A DNA stretch of 64,000 nucleotides. Source: Glaucostegus cemiculus. Its lineage: Eukaryota. Location: positions 30,318,001 through 30,382,000 of the forward strand of contig CDPCPM010000014.1 in the NCBI GenBank assembly GCA_976551045.1, given 5' to 3'. The position numbers and the translations under genes are program-made. Of this stretch, positions 10,999 through 25,020 are shown piece after piece (the first letter of the stretch is position 1; each line of letters begins with the position of its first letter). The notes beneath the pieces are model-generated. The model ran no database searches. It was given only the letters and a program-made list of their open reading frames with translations, and was not told the DNA's origin.

Positions 10999-12844
10999 AC
11001 ATAGTGTGGTACCCTTGATTTGACACTGCATAGAGTGTAACCAGGTGTGATTTCAAACTAGGTATAAACTGCATCCTTCCACTTGCTTTTTGAAGCTAAT
11101 GGATATAAGTGTAAGGGTTTAGAATATGAGCATTACATCTAAAATATGGTTGAAGGTCTAGCAGCATTGCCCAAGTCTAGAAATAAGTGGCAGCACCACT
11201 CTGAATCACCCAATTGAACCTCCCCCTTTAGTGTAAATAAGAACCCCACCCCACCCTCCATTTAGCCTTTCTTCCACAATCCAGCCGTACATAGTTTCTG
11301 CCCACCAAACGTCAGCTCTTATGGAGGGCCAGGAAAGTTCGATTCTGGGTCATTTGTCCTCAACAAAATGTTGGGAGACCTTATTGCAAGGCTGGAACAA
11401 GTAATTTGGGAGCTACTTGGTTGTAGTAATTCTGAAATTGCTGTGGATTTTGGGAGTTAGCATTTTGTGCTCTACTATTCTTAAAAACAACCATATTGGT
11501 GGTTACAGTCAATCGTTGGTGATAGTTGGAAAGGTAGCGTATTGAAAGTATCATACAAAAAGCACATTTGTGTGATATTATGACTTGCTGCCTTATGTCA
11601 ACTCAGCTATACTAGCAATGTGCCAGCAATGTTTACTTACAATAATGCATATATTGCTGTTTTGCACAAGCGTGCTAAATAAATGCCTGGGAAGAATGCG
11701 TAGCAGAAAATTGAGCAGGAAGATTGCACATCTGGAATAAGCACAACCAGGTCTGCAATCCTCCCCGCCTGATCTTCCTTACAGCCACCCCAATTACTTA
11801 AAAACTGAGTGCACAAGAGGGAAGTCTGCATCCTGTAAAACTGGTTAAAGATGGTGAAAGCTTAACCTAGGTACAGATGGCTGCCTTATGTCTCAATACG
11901 ATTGGTGGTTCTCTAAGTACCGTACCTTATTAAAGCATTGCAATGTTAGAAGTAATTCTGCTGCATTGTCCAAATGCTTTGGTCAGAGCATCACCAGTTA
12001 TTACTCAGCGACAAACTACCTTGAGAACAAATGGTGATTTGTAAGCCCTTGTAATGCGAAGGACAAAGCTTATCTGTACAAATAACATGTTGCAGTACAG
12101 TGGAGGGCAACCGCACAAGGAGAAAGAGAATAAAACACTTTATGCTCTGGAGCACGTTGTGCCATAAATTGTAGGGCTGACTCTACCATTTGTCTTTTGT
12201 GAAGGGGTAGATAAATGCTGCTGGATTATTACTGACTGTCTCACGACTACATTTGTTAGTGCAGCAAAATGGAAAAGGAAGATTTAAGAATAATGCAACA
12301 CTGTAAACATTTAGTTATGATTGAAATGGACCCCATGCTTTAGCAAATGAAAAAATAAGTTCAATTTGCCACTAGCTTTTTTCATGTGTGATTAAAGTAT
12401 TGAGAAATGATTGTGCAATTTAAAACTATTTACCCAGTGATCAAACATTCTTTGATTTAAAATTTCAGAATCATGCAGCATTTTGGCATTCAGGTAATTT
12501 GGGTGCTTTTCAATGGAAACAAGAGGATTCCTACTCCACACGTCTGCAGATTATTATGAAACCAACAAGAGCCTTGAAGTGTCCAGATGTATGTACCAAG
12601 GGAAGGGTTGCAATGTGATTACAACATCCTCGAGAGCCCAGCAAACTTCACCAGCAGTACAGTGTGTCAGCTGTGGCTTGGCTGACAGCACTCTTACTGT
12701 GTCAGAAAGTTCTAAGATTAACTCTGATGTTAGAAAACTAAACACAGAAATTGAGGCTTGTGATGGAGTATTGTACTAGTGTAGGTGCTAACTTTGGGAT
12801 GTGATGATAAAAGGTCGTCTCTGTTCTCTTGGGTGGGTGTTTAA

Positions 12845-12936
12845 AATCAAAACAAAAAATGCTGGAAACAATCAGCACGTCAAGCAGCATCTGCGGAAAA
12901 AGAAACCGTTTTGGGTTGCAAATGCTTCTGTCAGAA
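12845..12936. mobile_element. Old Penelope-derived half element
   Basis: aaatgctggaaacaatcagcacgtcaagcagcatctgcgg matches the arm of the palindromic family. Confidence 0.65.
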
Positions 12937-13024
12937 GAAGGTGGTTTGAAGAAGATTCTGGGAGCTGTCACTGGTGACCCATTCCTCAATTGATGTTTCT
13001 GAAACAGGTTCTTGGCATAATGAT

Positions 13025-13145
13025 TGTGGGAGCTCGCTGAGTGCAAATTGTCTGCTACTCTTCTTACAACAGTGACCAAAAATATTTAATTAGCTGTAAA
13101 GTGCTTTGGGACATTCTAAAAGGGTTACAAGAGATAAATGAATGT
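13025..13145 (+). mobile_element. DeuSINE fragment
   Basis: tgtgggagctcgctgagtgcaaattgtctgc...acaacagtgac...gctgtaaagtgctttgggacatt. Confidence 0.7.
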
Positions 13146-14394
13146 TAGTATTTTGTTCACAATCAGGACAAGGGTTTCACAATGTTAACTGGACAGCTTC
13201 AGGTCACAAGTTAAGTTCCAGAGCTCAATGTTTTTTGGTTCAGGAGATATTAACTGGTGACTTTTCTGATCGTGAGTGATATTCAGTGTTTTCAGCTAAA
13301 AGTGCATTGTGTGTTTATGTGGAGTGTGATGTCAACAGCTATCAAAAAGTCTGCCAGTACAGTTGAATACTATTTACTTGAGCTGAATAGCAAAGAGAGA
13401 TAATATCAGAGCAAAGTCATTATCTTCATTGGAAAAGCAGCAAAGGAAAACAAGCTCAAATCTCAACAGGTACTCAAAAACCCAAAGCAGTGACCCCTCA
13501 CTGCTGGTCAGTACACTGGCTACTTATTTCACCAATATTTCCTATCCTTAAATTCTAAAAAAAATTGCAATATTTATATCCCTCCAGGACAATCAACAGA
13601 TCTCTTTGAAAAAGGCAGCATTCACCAAAGTCCCCACCTGTCTCTTATACATTTACATGGTGTACACAACTGAAAAATTGCCACTAGCCACCAAAGCAAC
13701 ATTTGTTAACTGTCAACCCTCCCCATTTTTATCGGTTATTATCAAATGATACTTGTTCTTGGCTACAGAGAACACTATCCTCTGAAACAAACTCCAGCTC
13801 AAAAAGGAAAAATGTATGCCACTGGGGACTGTGTGTTCCAATGCACCAAGATTTCCATCACTGTCACATCTCTGCAGCCTTTGTTCTGCTGCATGATGTG
13901 TAGTATTGATCCAAAAAAAATCATTGCTGTCCTTACATAAAAAAAAGGTACATTCAGGCATATTCATTGCTTAAAGCAAAAAGGCAAGTATGAACAGATA
14001 GCCAACACAATACAAAAGGCCTTGGAAACACTACTGGTCTCCCAATGCATACACTTGCAGTCAATTATTCTGTGGGGTGGGGCTGAAGCCTGGAAACAAT
14101 GTTAAGAAATTTACTGCATGTTCAGATAAAATCCAAGTTACATCATTCCTTTCAGCTACAAGATCTGCAATCCCTAATCGCTCGATTGCCTTATCTAGAC
14201 AAACCCACAATCACAGCTCCAATTTACCCACAACTTTAAAATACAGCTTGTGTGTCAGCACTCGAAATTAACTTTGGATCCCTGACCAGCACATTTGGCA
14301 GAATGTCTACATTATGTTTAACAATTTGCACCACATCATATTTTCTTTAATAAATATATGAGCTTTAATTTACATGGTTCTTCTAATTTCTTCA

Positions 14395-14525
14395 ATGTGT
14401 CCTAAAGTGCTTTTCAACCATAGATTCAACCCTTTTTCAAGTGTTTTCAGTTATTTTGTTGGCTAATGTGGTTGCCACTGCAAGGTCTCACAAACACAAA
14501 ATGAGTCGCGTGAACAGGTAACCTG
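14395..14525 (-). mobile_element. DeuSINE fragment, degenerate
   Basis: Reverse complement resembles the 17080-17215 segment (aaagcactttaggacac, tttgtgagaccttg). Confidence 0.5.
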
Positions 14526-16974
14526 GATGTTTCAAGCAGTCCCGTAAAGCTTCAGATACACAGTTGTTTCAGTCGGGCGGGTCGCTATGATTGACCTCAA
14601 AATCGTTGAGCTGGAAAGAATACAATGGCCAGGGTTCCAGTTCCTAATGGGTTTACAGTGACCTCTCACTGCAGGTACTCTCACACAACTACCAGCCAAC
14701 CATGGAGTCAGCTGGATTGCGCACCAGATCTAAAGCATGGAGTATCGCAACAAGCACTGCAAGAACATGTGTGTTCATAACTAAGCAGTGTTGAGCCTTC
14801 AGACCAGGGTAAGTAAAAGGAGAGAACTGAAATGGAAGTAGGAGGGTTGTTGGACTGAGAAGGATACAGATAGAGACTATATCTTTAGGAGCCTAACCTT
14901 CAGCCTGCAGCTATGCATGATCCCTGAACTGTGCTAATCCAGCACTCAATAGTTCAAGCAACCCAGTTATACTTGCTAGATTGCTCCTTTTGAATTTTGC
15001 TGGTCTAGAGGTTTGGAAAGAGCCATTGTATCATTCAGATCTTGTGAATAATGCATAAATCAAAATCCCCCAGTATCAGCAATGTGAAATATGTGCAAGT
15101 TAATGAAAACATGGATTTGAGCTTTGAAAATGGAAATTGGGATCCCATGGTATGCACTTTTGTCATGGATTACAAACATTACCAATTCTTAATTGGCAAA
15201 AATGGTCACATTAAGGACAAATGAAAAATAAATTGTGAATTCTTTCTATTCCTCTTGATTGACAGCCATTGAAATTTCTTTACATATTAACCACCCCTTT
15301 TTGGCAACTGCCCCCAGAGTTGAAACTGAAAGTGTTGTTCAAATTACACCATCTTCGAGTTCTTGGGAATGACTGACACTCAAACCATGAAGTTGTGGAA
15401 CAGAACTCTGAACTACAAACTGATGGGGCATGATAAAACACAGGAACCTCATAAATCAGAAGATAAGTACATTATTTTTAAAATGAAATTATATTGCAAA
15501 GGCACCTCACAATAGTATTTTCTGTGTTCCTCAAAACTTTTGATAAATGCCACACTGAAATTAGACCTCTGCCTCTTAATAGTTTTAGTCTGATCTCTAT
15601 CCAGTTCAAGCCCTTTACCAACAGTCATTTTCTTTCATTTCAAATTCAGAAAGGCTTTTGATTAATCCCATGAGCTGACCTTTAAACTTCTTTCAAGGAC
15701 TTCCACTCTCTGTAAATCACAAATCACACGCACAATTGAATATCAATATCCTATCCATATTAATAAGCTTCATTGTGTTCCTTGGAGGAGTGGGAACTGG
15801 TAGCATGCCAAAAGCTTCCTCCACCTCCACTCCGTAGCAGTGGAAACCATAACTGTCCTTTCCTCCAGCTTTCCCTTGCTACTACCCTACTACGCTGCTG
15901 CACATCAATTATCATGAACATTCACATGTCAGGTTTACATCTCCTCTGTCATGGTTACTTCCTGCCGTGTCATTAATTACAAGATCACTGAAATGGTTTA
16001 TTGCAAAAGATTTTGCGCCGTTAATGACCAAAGCACGACTGCCAGGAGCTGAATCCCTTCTTTCTCACTGACACTCACACAATTCACATAAGCTGGTATC
16101 TCAGTGGCTTCCAGATACATTCAAATACAAAAACAGATACATGCACATACACATGCATAACACACATGCATATTTAAAATATAGGGGAGGACAGATATTA
16201 TGCTCTGTTACATCATTTTTGTTCCTTTTTCGTACCATGATTGAAGTTTTATCACTCTAAATAACAATCCAAAAATCATATTTTCAGTTTATTTTCTCCA
16301 AAATATTTCCTAATTTGTCAATCTGACTGTAATATTTTCACACATTTGTGATTGGTGAATATAATTATTTTTCTGAGAAGGTATAGTCAACACAAGGCGA
16401 TTAGCTCTTCAACCACTCATAAAGATGCCGTCCCATCATGTATCTTCACAAGAACTCTCAAAACCAACAAGTCAGACAAGTTGCTTCAACAATCTTAATA
16501 TTATGACATTTTGTTGCATTTTTTAAAAAAATAAGACTTCTTTTGAAAGCCTTATTTAACAAAAATAAATTCTGGAACACTAAACTGTTTATGGTTCCAA
16601 TGTTACAAGGGTTCATAGCTTCCAACATGCCTGAAAGCCCATTAATGTCTTTTTAAAAATGCTGTACAATTTGTGCCAGCCCCAGGCTCTTTTTCAATCA
16701 GTTCCAAGCAAAACAAAAAGCATTCATAAGCCCTCTTGGCACCCAGCTGCTGTCTTCCTAAATCAGCACTCTCTTAACCAGGTCTTTATTAACATGGCTA
16801 AAGAAGTAACTTGTTTTTAAAATGCAACGCCTTGCTAACCACAGGCTTGAGATCATATTTGAGTCTAACATTCCAAAAAAATTAGAAAAAAAATGGTATG
16901 CCACACTTCCGAAAACATTCTATGTGTTAGTTATGGTGAAAGAGCTCACTGGCTGGGGAGGTTTAAACCAAGGC

Positions 16975-17258
16975 TCTGCCTGCTTGTTCAGGTGGATGGA
17001 CAAGACCTTATGACATCAAAAGAATTCTGCAGATGCCCTGGCCAACAGTTGTTTCTTACCAAGACCACCAGAGGAAAAAAACAGATTAACTGGTCATTTA
17101 TCACACTGCCAATTGTGAGACCTTTGTGTATACATTGGTTGCCATGTTTACCTATGTACCAACAGTGACGGGCTCTTCAAATGTGATTAATTGATAGTGA
17201 AATGCTTTGGGACATCGCGAAGATGTGAAAGGTAGGATACAAATTCATCCTTTTTCTT
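16975..17258 (+). mobile_element. DeuSINE with Deu-domain and tail
   Basis: tcaggtggatg...ccctggccaac...aaacagattaactggtcattt...aacagtgac...atgctttgggacatc...gtgaaagg. Confidence 0.75.
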
Positions 17259-18526
17259 TACACTGCCATCATGCTTTAACATTTGCTGTCCGCACTTACA
17301 GCTTTGCTCAAGTGTCAAAATGGGAGAATGACAGTCAAAGCAGCAGAGATTTTGGAGAGCTAATTGATACATTGTATAATGTTTTAAAATGTAGTTTTTT
17401 TTCTCTATATTCACTTTTCACTGATGATACTATTTGATGAAACCAACTGACAGTCATGACTTCTGGTTTCAAACAAAGGCTTAAATTGAAAACAACTACT
17501 GTACATATCTTCTTTAGATTTCAACCATGCACAGATTTGCATGTCTACTTTGTGAAGAGTTTACTTTGAACAATATACAATTATCTTTCCTGTTATTTTT
17601 AAATAAGAAAATGGTAATACATGTGTACTTTGCACTGGCTCTTCCAGCCTCACTCTCTCTGTGTCCCTGCCTTACATTCCACTGTTCTTTATCCTCAGCA
17701 TATAATTCAAACACAAATACTTCAATCATGTGCTTAGAGACCAGCGCTTTTCTGTAAACAAGACTAATGGAGTGCAACTAATAGACTTCTCCAGGAGTAT
17801 GGTTAGTTAACAGGTTCTTTGTCAGCAGTCACTGAAGCAAAGTCGCCTTTTGCTTGGATAGTAGAAAAATCACCATTCCCAGAAAAGCCTTCACTTTGCT
17901 GGTTACAGATTGACTTGCCTGAATATGTGTCAGCATTATACAATCAACACCTTATCTTCCTTACAGAGCACATATTCAATTCAAAAACTCGGCTCTATTT
18001 ACCAGCACCTCCTTCAAGTTCACAGGCAGTACAATACAATTCTGAGCCGTTTATACCTTTACAATGCAATTAGATAAAACTATTTTTTTGCAAAACAGTC
18101 ACTTAACCCTAATTTTAGCAGTAAAAAACAGGGATTAGAGATACTGGTCAAGTATGATAGATCAATACCACACTTATCAGTGGACTGGGATGCTACCAGG
18201 TCTTTCCCAATTCTTCCCGTGTGCCAACTAGTTGGACAGGTCTTGATCAAGGATGTCTATCCATTGACTGTAAGGCCACCCTCTGATTCCTGCTGGTGTC
18301 CATTGTAGCAATAGAGGTTTTCCTCATCTGTCCACTGTGCACGTCCAACCCACTTTAGTCTAATCTTCTAGGTAATGCTGAGTTCTGGCTGAATCTTCCA
18401 GAAGCAGTACATTTCTTGGCTTGTGATTTGAATTTACCATCACATTCCTGAAACAGCACAGACAGATAATAGGGTTGAAAGGAGTCTAGTCTTGTACTAT
18501 AGACCAAAGAATCTCAGCCATATTCT

Positions 18527-18730
18527 CACACAAAATGCTGGAGGAACTCAGCAGGTCAGGCAGCATCTATGGCGGGAAATAAACAGTTGACGTTTCGGGT
18601 CGCGACCCTTCATCAGGACCTGAAATGTCGACAGTTTATTTCCCTCCATAGGTACTACCTGACCTGCTGAGTTTCTCCAGCATTTTGTGTGTTGCTCCAG
18701 ATTCCAGAATCTGCAGAATCTCTTGTATCT
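18527..18730 (-). mobile_element. Palindromic Penelope-derived element with hammerhead motif and TSD
   Basis: About 70-bp inverted arms (18527-18597 / 18618-18691). Flanks gccatattctca / gctgtattctta. Confidence 0.85.
18584..18620 (-). ncRNA. Minimal type I hammerhead ribozyme motif (activity untested)
   Basis: Minus strand GGUC-CUGAUGA-A-GGGU(CGCG)ACCC-GAA-AC/GU-C-AACUG: full catalytic core, stem II, palindromic ACGU stem III and GUC triplet. Stem I is poor in this copy. Confidence 0.6.
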
Positions 18731-21567
18731 GCTGTATTCTTAGCCTAGGTGAAACAACTTGGATTTCTATAAGGTGTATGCTTAAAGCAATCGTCCATAT
18801 ATTGCCATGGATCCCTGAGGCTCTGCAGTTCTTGGAAAGCTACATTTACTCTTGTCTCTTGCTAACTCCAAAAGACCATCTTAACTTCCAAAGCAAATAG
18901 AATTTTTTTACCTCTTTCAAGGTAACATATCCTGCACCCATACATTGGGCCTTGTGATTCTTCACTGTTGACTTCCATGGGTTAGTATAAAGACCTACTT
19001 TGATAGATGGTTCAAGTGCTTATTGCCCTCTTATAGACATGGAAATTCTTAAATTAGCCGACAAGTCCAGGATTTAAAAAAATCCAAAATATGCACATCT
19101 GACTTAAATTACAGATTAAATAATATATTTACGGAATGTTAAATTTCCAGCCAACTGTTAATCAATCATTTCCACATTGTTCATAATTAATGATGGAAAG
19201 TGACTGAGTTTCCAAATGTCACTTTATTTGTTCAAATCCCTTTTGAAACCCATTTGTTTGTAACCCACCCATAACCTATCACAGATAGACAGCAGTTAAG
19301 AGTGTGATTTAAAAAAAAGTTTTGAAAATATTTTTGATGTGTCTAAGAATCTGGTGGAGATTATTCAAAAACAAATATTTTAATCAATTTCCATTTCGTC
19401 ACCATCAGCGAAGACCATTTTAAATAATTAAACTTAGAAAACTACAAATCACGATATACAAATCGGTTTATAATTTACTCCATAACTGCCTACTATGGAC
19501 CAACAAAATCACCAAATTTAATAGGTACCTATCTATGTCACCTACAAATAAAACTAAAGTCTCCTTAAAGGCCTGTATGTCATTGCATATAGGAGAACCA
19601 TGCCATGGTGAGGTCCAGAGAGATTTTTTGATTCAATGATCATGGAAACTTAATGTGCGTGGACATAGTCTGCATTTGAAATTCCTCTTTGTTTATGCTT
19701 TTATTTGACTGATTTTTTTTTACAAATTGGCCTGAAGATACCAGCACAAACCAGCAGAAACTCTTAAGCTATTAACTAATAGTTCAGATGTAAACACCAT
19801 TAAGAAATAAGTGGATAGAAAGTGGGTGAGTTTGGATGCTATCCAAAGTTTGTAATTTCTAGGCTTGTTTGTGCAATGTGTTCAAGAGGTAGTCATGTTT
19901 TGTAACTATTATTAATCCAATTTTCTTCACCCCTTACCCCAAGGCAGTGAAGTAGAATTCCACTGATACTGGATTCCTCCAGTGGTCACCCATCAGGTGA
20001 GTCTTTGTCAAATTACTCTAACAGGGACGCTCACAGACAAGCCTAATCATATTCCACGTGTCCATTTCACTTTGAAGCACAAACATGTTCCCCGAACCAG
20101 CTTTTCCTTTCTGTGCCAATCGATACTAAGTGCCAGTAGTGGCACCATACACCCATAGTTGAGATCAGCTAGGACCACACAACCCAAAAATATTTAACTA
20201 CAAAGACATTGGGAAAATATTACCACATTACATTCTGAGTGAACAGTCCAATCAATTTAACTGTAATGTACATTAACTACCAAGGCATCATGAGAAATAT
20301 TCTGCTGGTTACTTCATTTTCAGGATGGGGTTAATATGGTAGGGTTTATGTTGGAAAAAGTCAACACAGTAATATTTTACATGAACCTTTCTAACTACAG
20401 CTGGGGTACAAAGCTGTCAGGGGACTGTGATCTATGTACTAGAACTCCAGAGTGCAGAGTACATCGCTAGTGATTTGTTTTCCATTCACATGTTTCACTC
20501 CCACTTATTTTCTCCCAATATTGGTGGCTGAATAGATGCCAGAAAATTACACTGTTCAGGACCAAGTATGCTGATATTGTCTCTGTTTCTGGTTTCCCAC
20601 AGCAGTTAACTTGGTCATTGTACCGGGGGTTTCACAAAATTGATGGTGCTGTTTAAGATCTATCTACCATGATGAGTCTAATAAATGTCTTTCTGAGCAA
20701 GATCTGCATAATCACATTTAACTGCTAGGCAGATTGCATTCCTTCTGACAACAGTAATTTATAGATAAAAACCAACCATGTGAATATCATCCAAGTGTTG
20801 AGCACAGTTTCTGTGTAAATTATTGATCATACTTTGCCCTTATCTCAAACATTGGGCCCTTCTGCTGATATGCTCAACCCCGATGGCACATCAAGCCCGA
20901 AAAAAGGCAAGAACATTATTGCCTTGGACTAGAGACTGCAGCACAAGAGCCAATCAATCAGCCTTATGACAGCTTTTACAACCTCTTTACACAGCCCAAT
21001 TTGGCCTGCAGGCTTCTTTGTTCATTTTTCTCCTTTCACTCTGCTAAGGTCAATCAGTGTGGTGATTTGCAGACACAGCACCATTGTATACATCAGCATT
21101 CTTTTAATTTATTTGTGAATCAGCCTAAAGACTAGCTTCAAAATGATACTACAATGTTCTACAAACTGTAAAGCTTTTCATTGTCCAAAATGGTAACAAT
21201 CACTGACCTGTTTCAAATATGATTCTTCTCTCTACTTTTGGAAATATCAGCAGTTCAAGAGAAAACAAACTTGTTCTGTGACATGCTTCAGTACATGAAC
21301 TGGTTTGGGAACGAGGGCATTTGAACAGGATGGCCCCAGCATTAATCCCCAACAATCCTTACCAAGCTCACACCATCAGTATAGGGAAAAAGTAAAGTGT
21401 AGTCCAATCCATTCTGTGCCCTCAAGAACACTAACTTGCAGCAAATGAGGAAGGGATAAAGTAGGATAACAAGGAGACAGAGGTCAACAGATGTGATCAG
21501 TTCTAACTACTCAAAGTATTTGCTTTTCGGGGAACAGGATAAAAGTACTGCTGGATGTGGTTGCCAT

Positions 21568-21583
21568 GGGGGGGGGGGGGGGG
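21568..21583. repeat. Poly-G16 tract
   Basis: Directly visible homopolymer. Confidence 0.95.
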
Positions 21584-24500
21584 TCAGTGCAAAAGATCAG
21601 CAAGGTTTTGCTTTCGATCTCAACCCTGCGTTGACTGAGTTGATCTTCAGTTGGCTTGAGATGGTATAATTAATTGCAGCACCTCTAGACTCCAAGGGAA
21701 AATTGCTCTTGATCATTATACTATTTAGTGACTGACTGAGGACAGGATCATGGTCAGTATTTACCCATAATGATTCTTATTAAATAATGGTTTGTTGGCC
21801 AAAGGGCAATGGCCACCTATGGAAATCAGTGACAGGTGTATGTTTTTGGGAACAGGGAGAAAACTAGCGAGAAAGAAAGCACTACTGAGCAATTCTCATA
21901 TCCTTTAAAAGAAGATAAATCCAAGTTCTTTCACTCATGTCACTCAGAATGAAAAAAATCAATTATTGCAATTATTTACCAAAATAAAAATAAATTAAAA
22001 CATCTTTAACTGTCCAGTTTTAAAGCAACAATCAGAAGTATTTGAAAAGGACGCAGATGCTGCATGCAATAATAGCTGAAGGCAGCTGACGGTTCTCATC
22101 CAGCCCTGTTTCAGTGCCTGTCACACCTGCTCCATTTGTTGTGACCGAGTCCTCCGATAAGACATGACAGCTCATTTCAGCAAACCTGTCAGCCACTGAA
22201 TCTCTGCGATCACTGGCAGCCAAAAGTGGGAATCTGCATGCCAATTCCACCCCAGCTTTCAGACTGCCTGTTCAACATTAACCGACTGCACTGCAGCCGT
22301 TTGTAAAGGACAGCTTACCAATTCCTGCCTATCTGAATCAAACATTTGTTTATCTTGGCACGTAAGTCAGGAAAGCGGTGTCCTGTGGTGAGTGCTGAAG
22401 TGTGTGTACAATGTCTGGAGTTACAAGACAAAAATTAAACTACCAATACTTTCAGTCCAGAATGATTGTTGGTGTCATTTACAACATCATTTCTAAGGCT
22501 TCACCAACACCTGAGTGGACATAATTTACAAAATGACATCTAGTACTAACGCTGAAATTAATCAAAAGCCTTTCTGCTTCAGTTAAATAGTAGGATTTCT
22601 CCATTCCTGTCTGCCATCAGAAAAGCTGAAAGGTTTTAGCAAGTCACTTTTTTTTTTCAGTTCATTTTCAAGCACTTTCTGCTAAGTGTGTTTGGTATTA
22701 AAATGCAATTTGATTTGTGGTTTTTGCATGTCCTCTGTATTATCCTCCTTGAAGAACGGTCAGGGCTGATGAGGTATTTAAACAGATTAGTGAAATTCAG
22801 CTGGCCTGCAGAACAAGAGCCTCCCATCTGTTAAATTCCCCCAGACAGAAAGGCCTGTCTATTTAACCATCACTCATGTTCAAGCCACAGCTTACAAATG
22901 GAGGGTGGAAATGGGGGTTGTGTGATGGAGAAAAAGCTAGCATTGAGCTAGCTCCACTGGGACCGAGTTCCACTGAGACGGAGGGGAATGATGAGGCACC
23001 GTGCTGCAATCAGTAGTCACAAAAACCAAAATCGATCCACATGGAGTGAAGCTTATGATTTAATGTCACATCAGCAAGTTTCAGGCACTTGATCTTGCCT
23101 GTGGATACCTTGGATTTAATGAACAGCTAGGTTCAATGTTGTTCATAATAGCAGGCTGACATCAGCAGTGCATGAGTTCCACTCTGATACTGAGCTTTGG
23201 TGGAGTTATCACTTTTTTCTTAAATACATTTGCAGATGTTCAACAGGAATAGCTATAAAAAGGATCTTCTTAAAACAAAACCAACAGAGCAGAAAGCTAT
23301 TACACCATAATGGAAATAAAACTGTAGTAGCCCTGAGGCAATTTCACTTGAAAATGATTGCAAATTTTCATACTGTGTCTTCAATGCCAACATTATAGAA
23401 TTGAATACATTTTATTTCAATACCATACAAGGTGTTTCCAATTAAGAGTGAATTCTGTTAACCCTTTGAATCCTAGGCTCCATCGTCAGGTATTGATTAA
23501 TCTTTGAAATTATTGCTGAACCTTATATTACCTAACGTGCTTCAGGCAACACATACAACAAATAAGACCTAAAAGAACCTCCGTTAAATCCACCTCAAAA
23601 GCCAAGAAGGTTGCAACACTAGTTTTGCTAAGGGGAGCAAATTTTCTAAACAAAAAGCATCGCAGTTCAAAAGTTTAGTATTTAATATTGCTTGTATCAA
23701 AAAAAAAGGGTGCAAAAGGCACATAAAAGAGCTATGTCCATCCAGAGATCGGAATTTAACATCAACGTCAGATGCTGGGATGAAGATGTAGTCCCTTCTG
23801 TATTACACTGGGGAAATGGTCATTTGTATCCTGCTCCCAGTCAGACCTGACATAGGATACGAGACAATTGATTTCAATGAGTATTACAGACCTATGGATC
23901 AGGAGACAAAGGGAAAGGCATGTTACTTTTTAATTATTTGGCTTAAATTTAGAATGTTTAATTATTTATGTGACATAATTAATGTATTTTTTTAAAAAGT
24001 TTTTTTTAAAGTTACTTTAAAAGTTTTGAAAACTACTTGAAAACCATAGACATTTGAAGGCTGTTGATACGTCCCCAGCTTTTCCCTTTGTTGGGGGCAT
24101 CAGGGCTGTTTTGAGGGTGGGGCTTCCACAATCCCCTATCCACAGCCCAGACAGTGTCTGGACCTCTTTCCATTGGACTTTGGGGTGTGTGTGTGTTCAT
24201 GCATGCATGAGGAGGGGGTGTGTGGGGTATATTTGTTAGTGAGCAAGGCTCTGTGTCTCTGGCCCTAGGGACCAATGATGGCGATTCGAGACAGTGGGCA
24301 CATGATCTGACAAATTAGATAACACAGAGCCAGTCCCTTCTAGACTTGAAATGTGACAGGATTTCGAATTTGCTCACGGATTACAGGCATCAATGGAAAG
24401 AAGCCACAAATAAAAATAGGTTCAAAACGAAAGCAGGAATTTTGCAAGATTACAATAAAGATGCAAATAGGTAGCCAATAATTGTCAGTCATCTACTAGA

Positions 24501-24691
24501 GTTGCAACAATATTGCGACCCAGCATCAGTCTCTTTTCATTAAATCTCAATTAGTCACCGTTACTATAGCAGCTAATCTATTTTTTTTTTATATACGGTT
24601 CTGTAAATAGTACTGAAAAAAAAAAGTCCAGGTAATTTGTTTTCTTTTGGTGTAGACTAAATAGTGTTTTGGCCTAGAAAGCTTTTCTTTT

Positions 24692-25020
24692 GTTTCTTCA
24701 CTGGATGTAGACTTACCAGCAATACTGGCATTTATTGTCCTTCCCCAATTGCCCCTACACTGAAGAAGCAGTTACAGTGGTTGGATTCGCGTTATAAGTC
24801 AGATTAGACAAGGAAGGCAGACTTCCTTCCCTGAGGATATTGGTGGACTAGATGGGTATTTACAACAATCTGGCAGCTTAATTGGTTAGTGAAACAAGAA
24901 TTTTAGTTCACATCCCCAATTTATTTAATTATTTTAATTTGCATTCCCTAGCTCCCGTGGTGGAATGTGAACTTATGCCTTTGGATCAATGGCACAGAAT
25001 TCTGGCTGCTATGTTACTAT
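24692..25020 (-). mobile_element. Old tRNA-type SINE with a tail shared with the LINE at 60290-60815
   Basis: B-box-like AAGTTCACATTCC near 24965. Tail ggggcaattggggaaggacaataaatgccagtattgctgg resembles ggggcaatgagtcaggcaataagtgctggccttgttag at about 60747-60784. Confidence 0.55.

Noticed and set aside
18527-18691. Long hairpin as a microRNA precursor or CRISPR-like repeat
   Set aside because: Dispersed repeat family with TSDs in a vertebrate intron; no spacer array and no recognisable miRNA.
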